DNA from: Candidatus Nomurabacteria bacterium
GTDB taxonomy: Bacteria > Patescibacteriota > Minisyncoccia > Phycocordibacterales > UBA9973
Direction: 5' to 3'
Length of the DNA stretch: 64,000 nucleotides
Assembly: GCA_943356675.1 (NCBI GenBank)
Contig: CALRFQ010000001.1
Location: forward strand, 4,147 to 68,146
Under the pieces are notes generated by a model. The model had not been told where the DNA came from. It did no database searches and saw nothing but the letters and a program-made list of their open reading frames with translations. The translations under genes were made by a program, and so were the position numbers. Shown one piece after another: positions 41,799-50,972 of this stretch (positions within the stretch are counted from its first letter, which is position 1; the number at the start of each line of letters is the position of its first letter).

Positions 41799-42713
41799 TT
41801 ATTTAAAAAGTATCACACTACCCAGTATCATCACTCCGATTGCAATAATCTTTGGCACTAGCACCCTTATTGAAATATTCTCCTTCACGATATTCGGGAA
41901 GAATTTGGTACAGAAGAGTGTGATGAACAAGACGAGTGCTGGCTGGAAGCTACCTACAAGGTAGACCATGGTGACTGGCGCGATGACCAATGCGAAATTC
42001 GTGAGCAAGTTCCCTATTATTGTGGCAAATTCACTAAGAGTGTTTAGTACAAAGATCCGAACACCGCCATTTTTGTTCATAGCTGTGAATTCGCGGCGAT
42101 ATTTAGGCACAAAAATATAGATAAACAGTCCGATTATTCCGAGTCCAAAGTATTCCCAGAATGAAGACACCCAGAAATTCTCACCGATTGTTACGTATTT
42201 AAAGATTACTCCGCTAAGTGCGATCATCAAGCAAGCGGAAAGCATGTAAAGTACGGGCTTCCACTTGAAACTTCTTTTATTCGCAGTGAAATCTATGGAA
42301 ATAATTGCTACACCTAGTAATACAATGGCGGAACCAATCATTTGATTCATTGTGAGAGTTTCTCCTAGAAAAACAAACCCAAGAATATATCCAAAAATAG
42401 GAACAGTAAGGAACCATGGCACTACAGCCGAAACATCTTCGATTTCAAGAGTGAATAAATAGAGTATTATCCACGCTATGGACAGGCCTCCGGTAGAAAT
42501 TAGGAGTAATTTGTCTATAAATGAAATATCAAATACTCCTACAGTGAAGAATGGAATAATAAGTGCGACAAATACACCGATAAGACTAGAAAAAAGCACA
42601 AGGCCACCAGAGCCGTGCTCACCCTTCGAATAATGCTCAACTAAGTATTGATCTGATATGTTTACGAGAGCCCAGAGGAACGGTGCACCCAGTGCGATGA
42701 AAAACCATGTCAT
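41799..42713 (-). CDS. EamA/DMT family transporter
   Basis: Ten TM, duplicated EamA pattern (FLGETLT); likely start MTWFF. Confidence 0.9.
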   Translation of the reverse strand: MTWFFIALGAPFLWALVNISDQYLVEHYSKGEHGSGGLVLFSSLIGVFVALIIPFFTVGVFDISFIDKLLLISTGGLSIAWIILYLFTLEIEDVSAVVPWFLTVPIFGYILGFVFLGETLTMNQMIGSAIVLLGVAIISIDFTANKRSFKWKPVLYMLSACLMIALSGVIFKYVTIGENFWVSSFWEYFGLGIIGLFIYIFVPKYRREFTAMNKNGGVRIFVLNTLSEFATIIGNLLTNFALVIAPVTMVYLVGSFQPALVLFITLFCTKFFPNIVKENISIRVLVPKIIAIGVMILGSVILFK

Positions 42714-42770
42714 ATTGCAATATGATAGCATTTTCTGTACTATTACACCATATAATTAACATATAATTTT

Positions 42771-43661
42771 ATGGTAGATTCAATAATTAATACAAAGAAA
42801 ATTGAAGACGCAGATGTAGTGATACTCTCTGCAGCATATGAGAAGACTGCATCTTCTAGGAAAGGCACAGCGACTGGCCCAAAAGCAATTATTAAAATGC
42901 TCACCAGCAAGCTTGAGCTTTTCGATCGTAACTACAAGAAGAATGTATCAGAGTTTGTAAAAATTGCCGAGAAAGATTCTGGAAATATTAGCGTCCTAAC
43001 TCCAAAGAAAGCTCTAGATAAAATTACAGCGGAATCAAGAAAGATTTTAGAGAAAAATAAATTCGTTTTCCTTCTTGGTGGCGAGCACTCAGTATCTCTC
43101 GGATTGCTAACTGCACTTAAAGAAAATTGGGATCCAAAGGATGTGACAGTGTTACAAATAGACGCGCACTGCGACCTACGCAATGACGACTCTGATTATA
43201 ACGATGACCCTACAAATTTGGCCCATTCTTGCGTTCTAAGACGTGTAAACGAGCTTGGCTACCCTCTCGTACAAGTTGGAATTCGCACATACTACAAGGG
43301 AGAATATGAATACTTCTCAAATCCAAAGAATAATGTAAAAACATTTGAATGGGGCGCTGGTAAAAAGGTGCCATCGGTGGACGAAGTCTTGAAATCTATA
43401 AAGACAAAGAATGTATATATCACTATAGACGTGGACGGCTTCGACCCTGCCTATATGCCAGGCACTGGCACACCAGTGCAAGGAGGCCTAGAGTGGTGGT
43501 ACGGAGTAGAACTCATCGAGAAAGTAATAAAATCAAAGAACTTAATCGGCGCAGATATCGTAGAAGTGGCTCCACAAAAAGAATCAGTCCTTACTGAATA
43601 CGGCGCCGCTCAGCTTCTTTACACTATGATTGCTCACAAATTTCGAAATAAACTTAAATAG
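42771..43661 (+). CDS. speB: Agmatinase (ureohydrolase family)
   Basis: GGEHSVS, DAHCDLR, IDVDGFDP, GTGTP, DIVEVAP. Confidence 0.93.
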   Translation: MVDSIINTKKIEDADVVILSAAYEKTASSRKGTATGPKAIIKMLTSKLELFDRNYKKNVSEFVKIAEKDSGNISVLTPKKALDKITAESRKILEKNKFVFLLGGEHSVSLGLLTALKENWDPKDVTVLQIDAHCDLRNDDSDYNDDPTNLAHSCVLRRVNELGYPLVQVGIRTYYKGEYEYFSNPKNNVKTFEWGAGKKVPSVDEVLKSIKTKNVYITIDVDGFDPAYMPGTGTPVQGGLEWWYGVELIEKVIKSKNLIGADIVEVAPQKESVLTEYGAAQLLYTMIAHKFRNKLK

Positions 43662-43663
43662 AA

Positions 43664-43706
43664 ATAATAAAATCCCACATGTCATACATGTGGGATTTTA
43701 TTATTT
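43664..43706. terminator. Bidirectional terminator between speB and the DHS-like gene
   Basis: ataataaaatcccacatgt-cat-acatgtgggattttattat. Confidence 0.8.
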
Positions 43707-43710
43707 TATA

Positions 43711-44730
43711 TTAAGCTGAGTATTTTTCGATTAGTTTATTTGCTTCTGCGGGATTTGCTTTCATTTCAAGTAGTGCTGTGAGCATAAGAGGCACAACGAT
43801 TGTGGCATCGGACTCCACGACGAACATTGGAGTGTCTTTTGTGAGCTTGTCCCAAGTGATCTTTTCATTTGGAGTAGCACCTGAGTATGATCCGTATGAA
43901 GTAGTTGAGTCTGAAATCTGACAGAAGTATGCCCAAGGCTTAACTTCTTGCTCCATATCGTATTTAAGTGATGGCACTACGCATATTGGGAAGTCTCCAG
44001 CGATACCTCCACCGATTTGGAAGAAGCCAATTCCCTCTCCCTCAGAAAGCTTTTGGTATTGGTCATAAAATTCTCCCATGTATTCGATACCACTCTTTGC
44101 GATAGAAGCTGATGCATCTCCATGCTTTACGTGAGATGCGAAAATGTTTCCAAATGTTGAGTCTTCATATCCTGGAACTACTATTGGTATGTTGTTCTCA
44201 GCTGCAGCAAGTAGCCAGCATTCTTCTGCTTTACCTTCATGCTTATCTTTATCGATAGCTTGAATCAAGTCATAGAAGTACTCATGCCAGAATTTGCGAG
44301 TGCCATTCTTTGTAGCTTCTTCCCAAACTGGCACAATGTGTTTCTCCACAGCGCGGAAAGCTTCATCTTCAGGGATACTTGTGTCTGTAACGCGGCGCAT
44401 ACGATTCTCGAGTATCTTTGTGTCATCCTCTTTTGTGAAGTATCTGTAATCTGGAAAATCTTTGTATGAATCATGAGCAACGAGGCGGAAAAGTGATTCC
44501 TCAAGGTTCGCACCTGTGACAGACATACCACTGATAAGTCCTGCGCGGATAGCTGGGGCAAGCACGATACCAAGCTGTGCAGAAGACATAGCTCCAGCTA
44601 CCGCCCAAAACATCTTGCCTCCTTTTTCTGCATGGCGCCAGTAAGCGATAAGCGCATCGCGAGTAGCACGAGCATTGAAGTTCTTGTAATTTTTTAATAT
44701 AAATTCTAATGTGTTTAAATTATTTTGCAT
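43711..44730 (-). CDS. Deoxyhypusine synthase-like protein (putative homospermidine synthase, SpeY-like)
   Basis: AGAMSS, TGANLEE, IGGGIAGD, GSYSGATPNEKITWDK, ESDATIV. Confidence 0.9.
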   Translation of the reverse strand: MQNNLNTLEFILKNYKNFNARATRDALIAYWRHAEKGGKMFWAVAGAMSSAQLGIVLAPAIRAGLISGMSVTGANLEESLFRLVAHDSYKDFPDYRYFTKEDDTKILENRMRRVTDTSIPEDEAFRAVEKHIVPVWEEATKNGTRKFWHEYFYDLIQAIDKDKHEGKAEECWLLAAAENNIPIVVPGYEDSTFGNIFASHVKHGDASASIAKSGIEYMGEFYDQYQKLSEGEGIGFFQIGGGIAGDFPICVVPSLKYDMEQEVKPWAYFCQISDSTTSYGSYSGATPNEKITWDKLTKDTPMFVVESDATIVVPLMLTALLEMKANPAEANKLIEKYSA

Positions 44731-44831
44731 CCCGTGTGAAATTTATTAATTAAGTAATATTGTAATTATAGCGTAATTTAACTTTTTGTACATTCCAAAT
44801 AGATTTATAGTTATTATAAATTTCTATCGGG
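44731..44831. mobile_element. 101-bp start-codon-abutting inverted-repeat element, degenerate copy 4
   Basis: at-CCCGtgtGAAATTTAT...ATAAATTTCTAtCGGG-at between the speA stop and the DHS-like ATG. Confidence 0.7.
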
Positions 44832-44832
44832 A

Positions 44833-46212
44833 TTACCAGCCGAAGTTCTTACCCACCTCATCTGGAGTTTCTCTCTTACGTGCTACTACGATGTGTCCAT
44901 TCTCAGCCACGATCTTAAGTGGTGAAGAAAGCATACAGTGGTGTGCAGCGAGTGGGTCTTGGTATGCACCAGTATCGAGCACAGCTATATACATAGGCTC
45001 TCCATCATTCATATCGTAGTCTGGAAGTGTTACAGAGCCATGCACTCCTGTATAAATATCATCAGAATCACAAGATGACCCTGCTAGCCAAACATCCTGT
45101 AATTTATCATCGCGCTTATTATTTAGTGGAATCACAGACCATTTCTGCCCGATAGCCCAAGTATCGAGAAGGTCATTCATGAAGCTACCATCTATCACAT
45201 ACCACTTCTTGGCGTCAGCCTTTTTGCTTGAGATAAGTTTACTATCAATAATTTTAAAGATTGTGATTTGCGCTGGTGCTACTATGTAGCGGCCCCACTC
45301 ACACACGAGGTTTGGATGTGGCATTCCGCGCTTCTCAGACTCCTTCACAATAAGTGTGAAAATCTTATCCATCAATTTATCCACTGGGTAGCTACGATTG
45401 CGAGTGTAAGGGATAGGCATTCCTCCACCAATGTCGAGAGTATCAAGAGATGGATTCTTTTCTTTCACCTTGAAGTACACATCGAGTGCGTATTTTATCG
45501 GGCCGATCACATCAGAAAGCTTCTCAATCTGAGAGCCTATGTGGTAGTGAATTATTTTCAAATTCTTAAAGCTTCCCATATCAATGATCTCCTTTGCAGA
45601 AAATCCGAAGCGGTCTATCGGCTTGTTCCAGTACGAAGCAGCCTTCACTGGCATGTCTAGGCGGATACCCACATCATACTTTGAGTGCTGAAGGAATTTG
45701 AGCTCATTTGGGCCTTCAATAAGTGGGAAGATTTTCACACCTTTGTGCTGTAGATCGTCGATGAGGTTTATGTATTTGTCTGTCTTAGGACCTGAGCAGA
45801 GTATGCGGATGTTTGGGTTGAAAGATTCTTGCTCAAGCATCTTCTTCACGAGCCAGAGGTCGTTGAAAGATGAAGTCTCGAGATGAGCACCTTCAGATAC
45901 CATAGCCATAACCACTTCTTTATTTTGGTTCACCTTCATTGGGTAGTGGTAGAAGAACTTACCTTTATAACCTACTTTCTTTGAAAGTTGGAATGACAAG
46001 TCTAGGAAGTCCTCAATTCTTTCCTCAATAATGAATGGAAAAAGGATCTCAAGAGATGTGCCCATCTTCTCAGCTAAATAACGAATGTTGTAAATATTAT
46101 TTCCTTCTTTTACTACAAGGTCACCGTCTTTATTAAAGTCGAAATATTGTGTATTCCAATCTTTAGATCCGAGCTTCCATAATTTTCGGGAAGCAGATAC
46201 ATTTTTGTGCAT
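44833..46212 (-). CDS. speA: Arginine decarboxylase, short form (PLP fold-type III)
   Basis: YPMKVNQ, HYHIGSQI, DIGGG, EWGRY, DTWAIGQ, SCDSD, GAYQD. Confidence 0.88.
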   Translation of the reverse strand: MHKNVSASRKLWKLGSKDWNTQYFDFNKDGDLVVKEGNNIYNIRYLAEKMGTSLEILFPFIIEERIEDFLDLSFQLSKKVGYKGKFFYHYPMKVNQNKEVVMAMVSEGAHLETSSFNDLWLVKKMLEQESFNPNIRILCSGPKTDKYINLIDDLQHKGVKIFPLIEGPNELKFLQHSKYDVGIRLDMPVKAASYWNKPIDRFGFSAKEIIDMGSFKNLKIIHYHIGSQIEKLSDVIGPIKYALDVYFKVKEKNPSLDTLDIGGGMPIPYTRNRSYPVDKLMDKIFTLIVKESEKRGMPHPNLVCEWGRYIVAPAQITIFKIIDSKLISSKKADAKKWYVIDGSFMNDLLDTWAIGQKWSVIPLNNKRDDKLQDVWLAGSSCDSDDIYTGVHGSVTLPDYDMNDGEPMYIAVLDTGAYQDPLAAHHCMLSSPLKIVAENGHIVVARKRETPDEVGKNFGW

Positions 46213-46376
46213 TATTTATCACGCTGGAGCAGTACCTAGAACTTTTTAGGGCTCTCATTCCTGTTCATACGCACTAACGATTAATAAATTAATAATAGCA
46301 GAAATCCTTGAAAAGTAAATAGATTCGGCATGAAAAAAGCCGCGTTCCTTTTGGGAAGCACGGCTTTTCTAAGTTT

Positions 46377-47348
46377 TCAATCAATGAAGTTGTTAAATAC
46401 CCAAAATGATCTCTCATTATACGGACAAACCTTACAATTAACAGCTTGGATACTGTCACAAGTACAATCTCTTACCATGCTAGGAATAATTAAATACTCT
46501 TCCGGCATATCCTCAACCAACTTGGCTATATCCTTGTAAACAAGATCCATGAGCTTATTTTTCGTTACAGCAATAGGAAAGAAATTATTATTGCGACAAA
46601 ATTCGAGTCTCATGTGAACTAATGTGGATGCGATGTTGTACTCACGAAATTCATTATCAACATAAACTCCAAACAGTTCTACTAGTTGTCGTTGCTTAAA
46701 GTTTGCAATAGCACCACTCTCAACAACATGTTTTTTAATTCCACCGGCTCCAACGATCCTGTTGTTTACTAACGCAAACACTGCGCAGATTGAATCATTC
46801 TTTAGATCATTGGTACTTCTATTTAAAAGATTCACTTCAGTTTCAGTTCTTTTTGACCACCAGTATAGAATTTCTTCCAACCTAGCGTTTTGAGTTTTGA
46901 AATTTGTGTAAATAAGATACTGAACCTTATCGACATTTTTAGTGATAAATTTGCGTGGATTAATATTCACAGAAAATTTTAGAGCAAATTCTCGATTTCT
47001 CGAATGAAGAACTGTTACCACGAAATGCGGCTTAAAGAAGGATTGCGCACTACGAGTAATGTGATTAATGAATGCGTTTGAATCATAATATCTCGGGTCA
47101 GTTATGATATCAGGATAGAGCTTGGTAATAGGTAATTTCTCTATTTCAACATCCCATTTTTTAATCAAACCACGTCCATTACTGTACTTAGGGTTCATTA
47201 ACTCTTCTACAATCGATTCAGGTGTAAAATTTTTTTTCGCCTGTTCAAACGTTTCGAGCCAAATTTTTGACTCATTATTATTCTCATTTAGGTGTGAAGA
47301 AATTTCACTCAGAATAACATTTTTAGGGGCTAGTAATCTTGTTGGCAT
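46377..47348 (-). CDS. Hypothetical protein with C-terminal GNAT acetyltransferase domain
   Basis: IVGAGG...ELFGVYVDNEFREYNIASTL (GNAT motif A); CxC..CxxC tail. Confidence 0.7.
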   Translation of the reverse strand: MPTRLLAPKNVILSEISSHLNENNNESKIWLETFEQAKKNFTPESIVEELMNPKYSNGRGLIKKWDVEIEKLPITKLYPDIITDPRYYDSNAFINHITRSAQSFFKPHFVVTVLHSRNREFALKFSVNINPRKFITKNVDKVQYLIYTNFKTQNARLEEILYWWSKRTETEVNLLNRSTNDLKNDSICAVFALVNNRIVGAGGIKKHVVESGAIANFKQRQLVELFGVYVDNEFREYNIASTLVHMRLEFCRNNNFFPIAVTKNKLMDLVYKDIAKLVEDMPEEYLIIPSMVRDCTCDSIQAVNCKVCPYNERSFWVFNNFID

Positions 47349-47444
47349 AAATATATTGGTTTTTGATTTTAGAACTATAATATACTATTCTCACCAAAAC
47401 ACAATATGTGGATAAAGTAAAACACCCTTTCGGGTGCCTTATCT

Positions 47445-47465
47445 CCGCCTAGGTCGGACCTAGGC
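47445..47465. repeat. REP-like palindrome
   Basis: Identical to 36910..36930; lies just after the dnaJ stop codon. Confidence 0.85.
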
Positions 47466-47467
47466 GC

Positions 47468-48586
47468 TTATATTCCCTCTTTTTTAAGATCTTCGAGGAG
47501 TTCTTTTGATTTCTTTGAGAGCTTCGTTGGCATCTTTATTTGGATGCGGAGAATGATGTCGCCACGGCGAGACATACTGCCACCTTGAGGCACGCCTTTG
47601 CCTCGCACACGTAGGAGCTCACCATGATTCACACCTTCAGGGATTGTGACGTCCATATCACCATCAAGAGTCTTCAGTTTATATTCAAAACCGAGGATTG
47701 CATCTGTGAGCTTGATCGGCAAATCCATAATCAAGTTTGAACCATCGCGTCTGTAAATTGAATGCGGCTTCACATTTACTTTTATGTATAGGTCGCCAGT
47801 TTGGCCATGAGAGATTGCTTCACCTTTGCCAGTCATTCTTATCATCTCGCCATTATTTATGCCTGCTGGGATTGCGATGCTAATGTCTTCCTGCTTATTG
47901 TGCACGCCTTTGCCTTTACACTCACTGCATTTCTCATTTGGAATTTTCCCTGCGCCGTGACAATGCTCACACACACGAGCAGTTTCGAACGTGCCGAGGA
48001 TTGAACGCTTCATCTCACGCACCTGGCCTTTTCCATTACAAGTTTTGCAAGTGTCCATCTTGGTGCCAGCTTTCGCTCCGCTACCACTACAAGTATCGCA
48101 TGTGGACTGCTTACTAATGAGCACAGAGCGCTTCACGCCGAAAATTGACTCCTCAAAGGAAATATCTATCTCTGTAGAAATATCGCGTCCACGGGCCTGC
48201 TGGCTTCTTCCACGGCCACCCATGCCTCCACCTCCGAAAAATTCTCCGAAGATATCGCCAATGTCGCCCATATCAAACTCCACTCCGCCTCCTTGCTGGA
48301 AGCCAGAGAAATCAAATCCTCCGAAGCCTCCTGCACCTTGATTGAATCCGCCGTATCCTTGACCTCCGCCCATATTTGGGCCGGCACTTCCGAATCTATC
48401 GTACTGAGCACGCTTGCCATCGTCCGATAGGGTCTGATAAGCCTCGTTCACTTCTTTGAACTTCGAATCATCACCCTTATTTTTATCAGGATGGTATTTA
48501 TGCGCGAGTTTATGATAGGCCTTTTTCATTTCGTCCTTACTCGCACCTTTATTTACACCCAATATTTCGTAGTAATCTTTTGCCAT
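47468..48586 (-). CDS. dnaJ: Chaperone DnaJ
   Basis: HPD J-domain, G/F region, four CxxCxGxG repeats. Confidence 0.99.
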   Translation of the reverse strand: MAKDYYEILGVNKGASKDEMKKAYHKLAHKYHPDKNKGDDSKFKEVNEAYQTLSDDGKRAQYDRFGSAGPNMGGGQGYGGFNQGAGGFGGFDFSGFQQGGGVEFDMGDIGDIFGEFFGGGGMGGRGRSQQARGRDISTEIDISFEESIFGVKRSVLISKQSTCDTCSGSGAKAGTKMDTCKTCNGKGQVREMKRSILGTFETARVCEHCHGAGKIPNEKCSECKGKGVHNKQEDISIAIPAGINNGEMIRMTGKGEAISHGQTGDLYIKVNVKPHSIYRRDGSNLIMDLPIKLTDAILGFEYKLKTLDGDMDVTIPEGVNHGELLRVRGKGVPQGGSMSRRGDIILRIQIKMPTKLSKKSKELLEDLKKEGI

Positions 48587-48669
48587 ATTTTAATTATACT
48601 TATTTATACTTAAATTGACAAATTATTATTTTAATGTTAATTTTAATATAAAATTAATTTTATATTTTT

Positions 48670-48822
48670 ATGTGGTTTAAAACAAAATCCCCGAAAAAGT
48701 CTTCTCCGGAATCCTATGATTTAGTAGAGTACGGAATGGTTAAGCTTGAAATAATAGTTACCCTTGCTTTGATATTAATTTTAGGATCTGCATTCGGAAT
48801 CTATGTTCATTTCAATCCTTAA
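48670..48822 (+). CDS. 50-aa membrane microprotein with a prepilin-like motif
   Basis: Below ORF-track cutoff: MWFKTKSPKKSSPESYDLVEYGMVKLEIIVTLALILILGSAFGIYVHFNP; TTGACA-N17-TAATTT upstream; terminator downstream. Confidence 0.6.
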   Translation: MWFKTKSPKKSSPESYDLVEYGMVKLEIIVTLALILILGSAFGIYVHFNP

Positions 48823-48826
48823 GTAC

Positions 48827-48868
48827 AATAAAAGCGGTCTCTGTCTGAAAACAGTACCGCTTTTATTT
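48827..48868. terminator. Bidirectional terminator at the dnaK 3' end
   Basis: aataaaagcggt...accgcttttatt. Confidence 0.75.
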
Positions 48869-48872
48869 TTAC

Positions 48873-50765
48873 CTATTTCTGTTCTCCACTCTCTTTTGCT
48901 TCAGCATCCTTTATTTCTTCAGCTTGAGGTTCTGCAGTTGTGCCGGCTTCAGGAGTAGCGCCGGCTTTTTGCATTGCTTCGCCGATTTTAGACATTTCTG
49001 ATGAAAGATCTTCCACTGCTTTCTTGATAGCATCGATATCTGTGCCACCATTTGCTACACGCACCGCTGCAATTTTCTCTTCCACACTAGCCTTCAAACT
49101 TGCATCCACTTTGTCGCCATATTCTTTGATAGATTTCTCAGCAGAGAAGATTATCATTTCTGCAGAATTCTTTTCATCTACGAATGCTTTCTTCTTTGCA
49201 TCTTCATCAGCGTGAATTTCTGCATCCTGTTGCATTTTCTTGATGTCGGCATCAGTAAGTCCTGAGCCGGCTTCAATGCGGATTGTCTGCTTCTTGCCAC
49301 TTGTCTTTTCCATTGCAGTCACATTTAAGATACCGTTTGCATCCACATCAAATGTAACTTCTACTTGTGGCATTCCGCGTGGTGATGGTGTAATACCATC
49401 GAGGATGAATTTACCGAGAGATTTGTTGTCGCTCGCCATTGGGCGCTCACCTTGAGTGATATGAATTTCCACACTTGTCTGATTGTCCGCAGCTGTAGAG
49501 AAAATTTGAGACTTTGAACTTGGGATAGTTGTATTTCTTTCAACTAGCTTCGTTGCCACACCTCCAAGAGTTTCAATTCCTAGTGATAGCGGAATCACAT
49601 CAAGCAAGAGCACATCCTTCACATCACCTTGTAGCACACCTGCTTGCACTGCAGCTCCGAGAGCCACCACTTCATCAGGATTGATTGAGCGATTTGGCTC
49701 TTTGCCGTTGAATAATTTCTTCACAGCTTCCACTATCGCTGGCATTCTTGTCTGACCTCCTACCATTATGATTTCATTTATTTCACCGATCTTAAATGGA
49801 GATGCGTCCATAGCGCGCTTTGTGATCTCTATAGATTGATCGATAAATTCTTGTGAGAGTGATTCAAGCTGAGCACGAGTCATCTTCTGCACTAGGTGCT
49901 CTGGACCATTTGCACCGCTTGTAATGAATGGAATATTCACTTCTGTTTCTGGAGTTGTAGAAAGCTCAATCTTTGCCTTTTCAGCTGCTTCGTCTAAGCG
50001 CTGTAGTGCAAGAGGATCTTTACTGATATCAAGGCCAGTAGACTTCTTGAATTCTTCTGCAAGCCAGTTGATAATCTTCTGGTCGATATCGCGGCCTCCC
50101 ATGTGTGAGTCACCATCTGTGGACTTCACTTCAATCACATCGTTTGAAACTTCAAGGACAGACACATCAAATGTACCTCCACCGAAGTCGTACACCACAA
50201 TCTTTTCTTCTTTCTTACTATCAAATCCGTATGCGAGAGCGGCTGCTGTAGGCTCATTGATGATTCTCTTCACATCAAGTCCGGCTATAAGCCCTGCATC
50301 CTTTGTGGCCTTTCTTTGTGAGTCGTTGAAGTACGCAGGCACTGTGATGATAGCCTCGGTAATTTTCTCACCAAGCTTCGCTTCCACGTCTGCCTTAATC
50401 TTCGCAAGAATCATTGCAGAAATTTCTTCCGGGCGCTTGTATTCGCCACCGATAGCTACTTCCACTCCGCCATCCTTACCAGCCTGAATTTTAAATGGAG
50501 CAGTCTTCTGTGATTTCTGAATTTCTGGATCTTCGTAGCGGTGACCCATGAATCTCTTGATACCGTAGATAGTATTCTGCGGATTTGTAACTGCCTGACG
50601 CTTCGCAAGAAGGCCCACCAAGCGGTCGCCATTCTTTCCGATCGCCACAATAGAAGGTGTGGTTCTTGCACCCTCAATGTTCTCGATTATCTTTGGCTGT
50701 CCGCCTTCGATTATCGCTACTGCACTATTTGTTGTACCCAAGTCTATACCAATTATTTTACTCAT
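48873..50765 (-). CDS. dnaK: Chaperone DnaK
   Basis: [33 protein letters not shown]. Confidence 0.99.
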   Translation of the reverse strand: MSKIIGIDLGTTNSAVAIIEGGQPKIIENIEGARTTPSIVAIGKNGDRLVGLLAKRQAVTNPQNTIYGIKRFMGHRYEDPEIQKSQKTAPFKIQAGKDGGVEVAIGGEYKRPEEISAMILAKIKADVEAKLGEKITEAIITVPAYFNDSQRKATKDAGLIAGLDVKRIINEPTAAALAYGFDSKKEEKIVVYDFGGGTFDVSVLEVSNDVIEVKSTDGDSHMGGRDIDQKIINWLAEEFKKSTGLDISKDPLALQRLDEAAEKAKIELSTTPETEVNIPFITSGANGPEHLVQKMTRAQLESLSQEFIDQSIEITKRAMDASPFKIGEINEIIMVGGQTRMPAIVEAVKKLFNGKEPNRSINPDEVVALGAAVQAGVLQGDVKDVLLLDVIPLSLGIETLGGVATKLVERNTTIPSSKSQIFSTAADNQTSVEIHITQGERPMASDNKSLGKFILDGITPSPRGMPQVEVTFDVDANGILNVTAMEKTSGKKQTIRIEAGSGLTDADIKKMQQDAEIHADEDAKKKAFVDEKNSAEMIIFSAEKSIKEYGDKVDASLKASVEEKIAAVRVANGGTDIDAIKKAVEDLSSEMSKIGEAMQKAGATPEAGTTAEPQAEEIKDAEAKESGEQK

Positions 50766-50774
50766 ATGTTTATA

Positions 50775-50882
50775 AAGCGTAGCAAATTATTTTATGAAAA
50801 ATGTCTGGCCTGCCTGCGATTCAGCAGAATCGGCTGGACAGGAGATCCGAGGACTTTTTTCAGAATATAATTTGTGTAGCTT
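50775..50882. repeat. Long nested hairpin in the dnaK upstream region
   Basis: 23-bp arms (50783-50805 and 50852-50874, 3 mismatches) enclosing cctg..cgattc-agca-gaatcg..cagg. Confidence 0.65.
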
Positions 50883-50972
50883 AATTACCTATTAATGTTT
50901 TAATAATAATGTATTTTACATGTATTTAGTGGTCACGAAATACTTGTATAATTAGAGTATATATTATAAGAT

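Noticed and set aside
43711-44730. Eukaryote/archaea-like eIF5A hypusination system
   Set aside because: Clustering with speA and speB favours polyamine synthesis; no eIF5A-like gene is seen.
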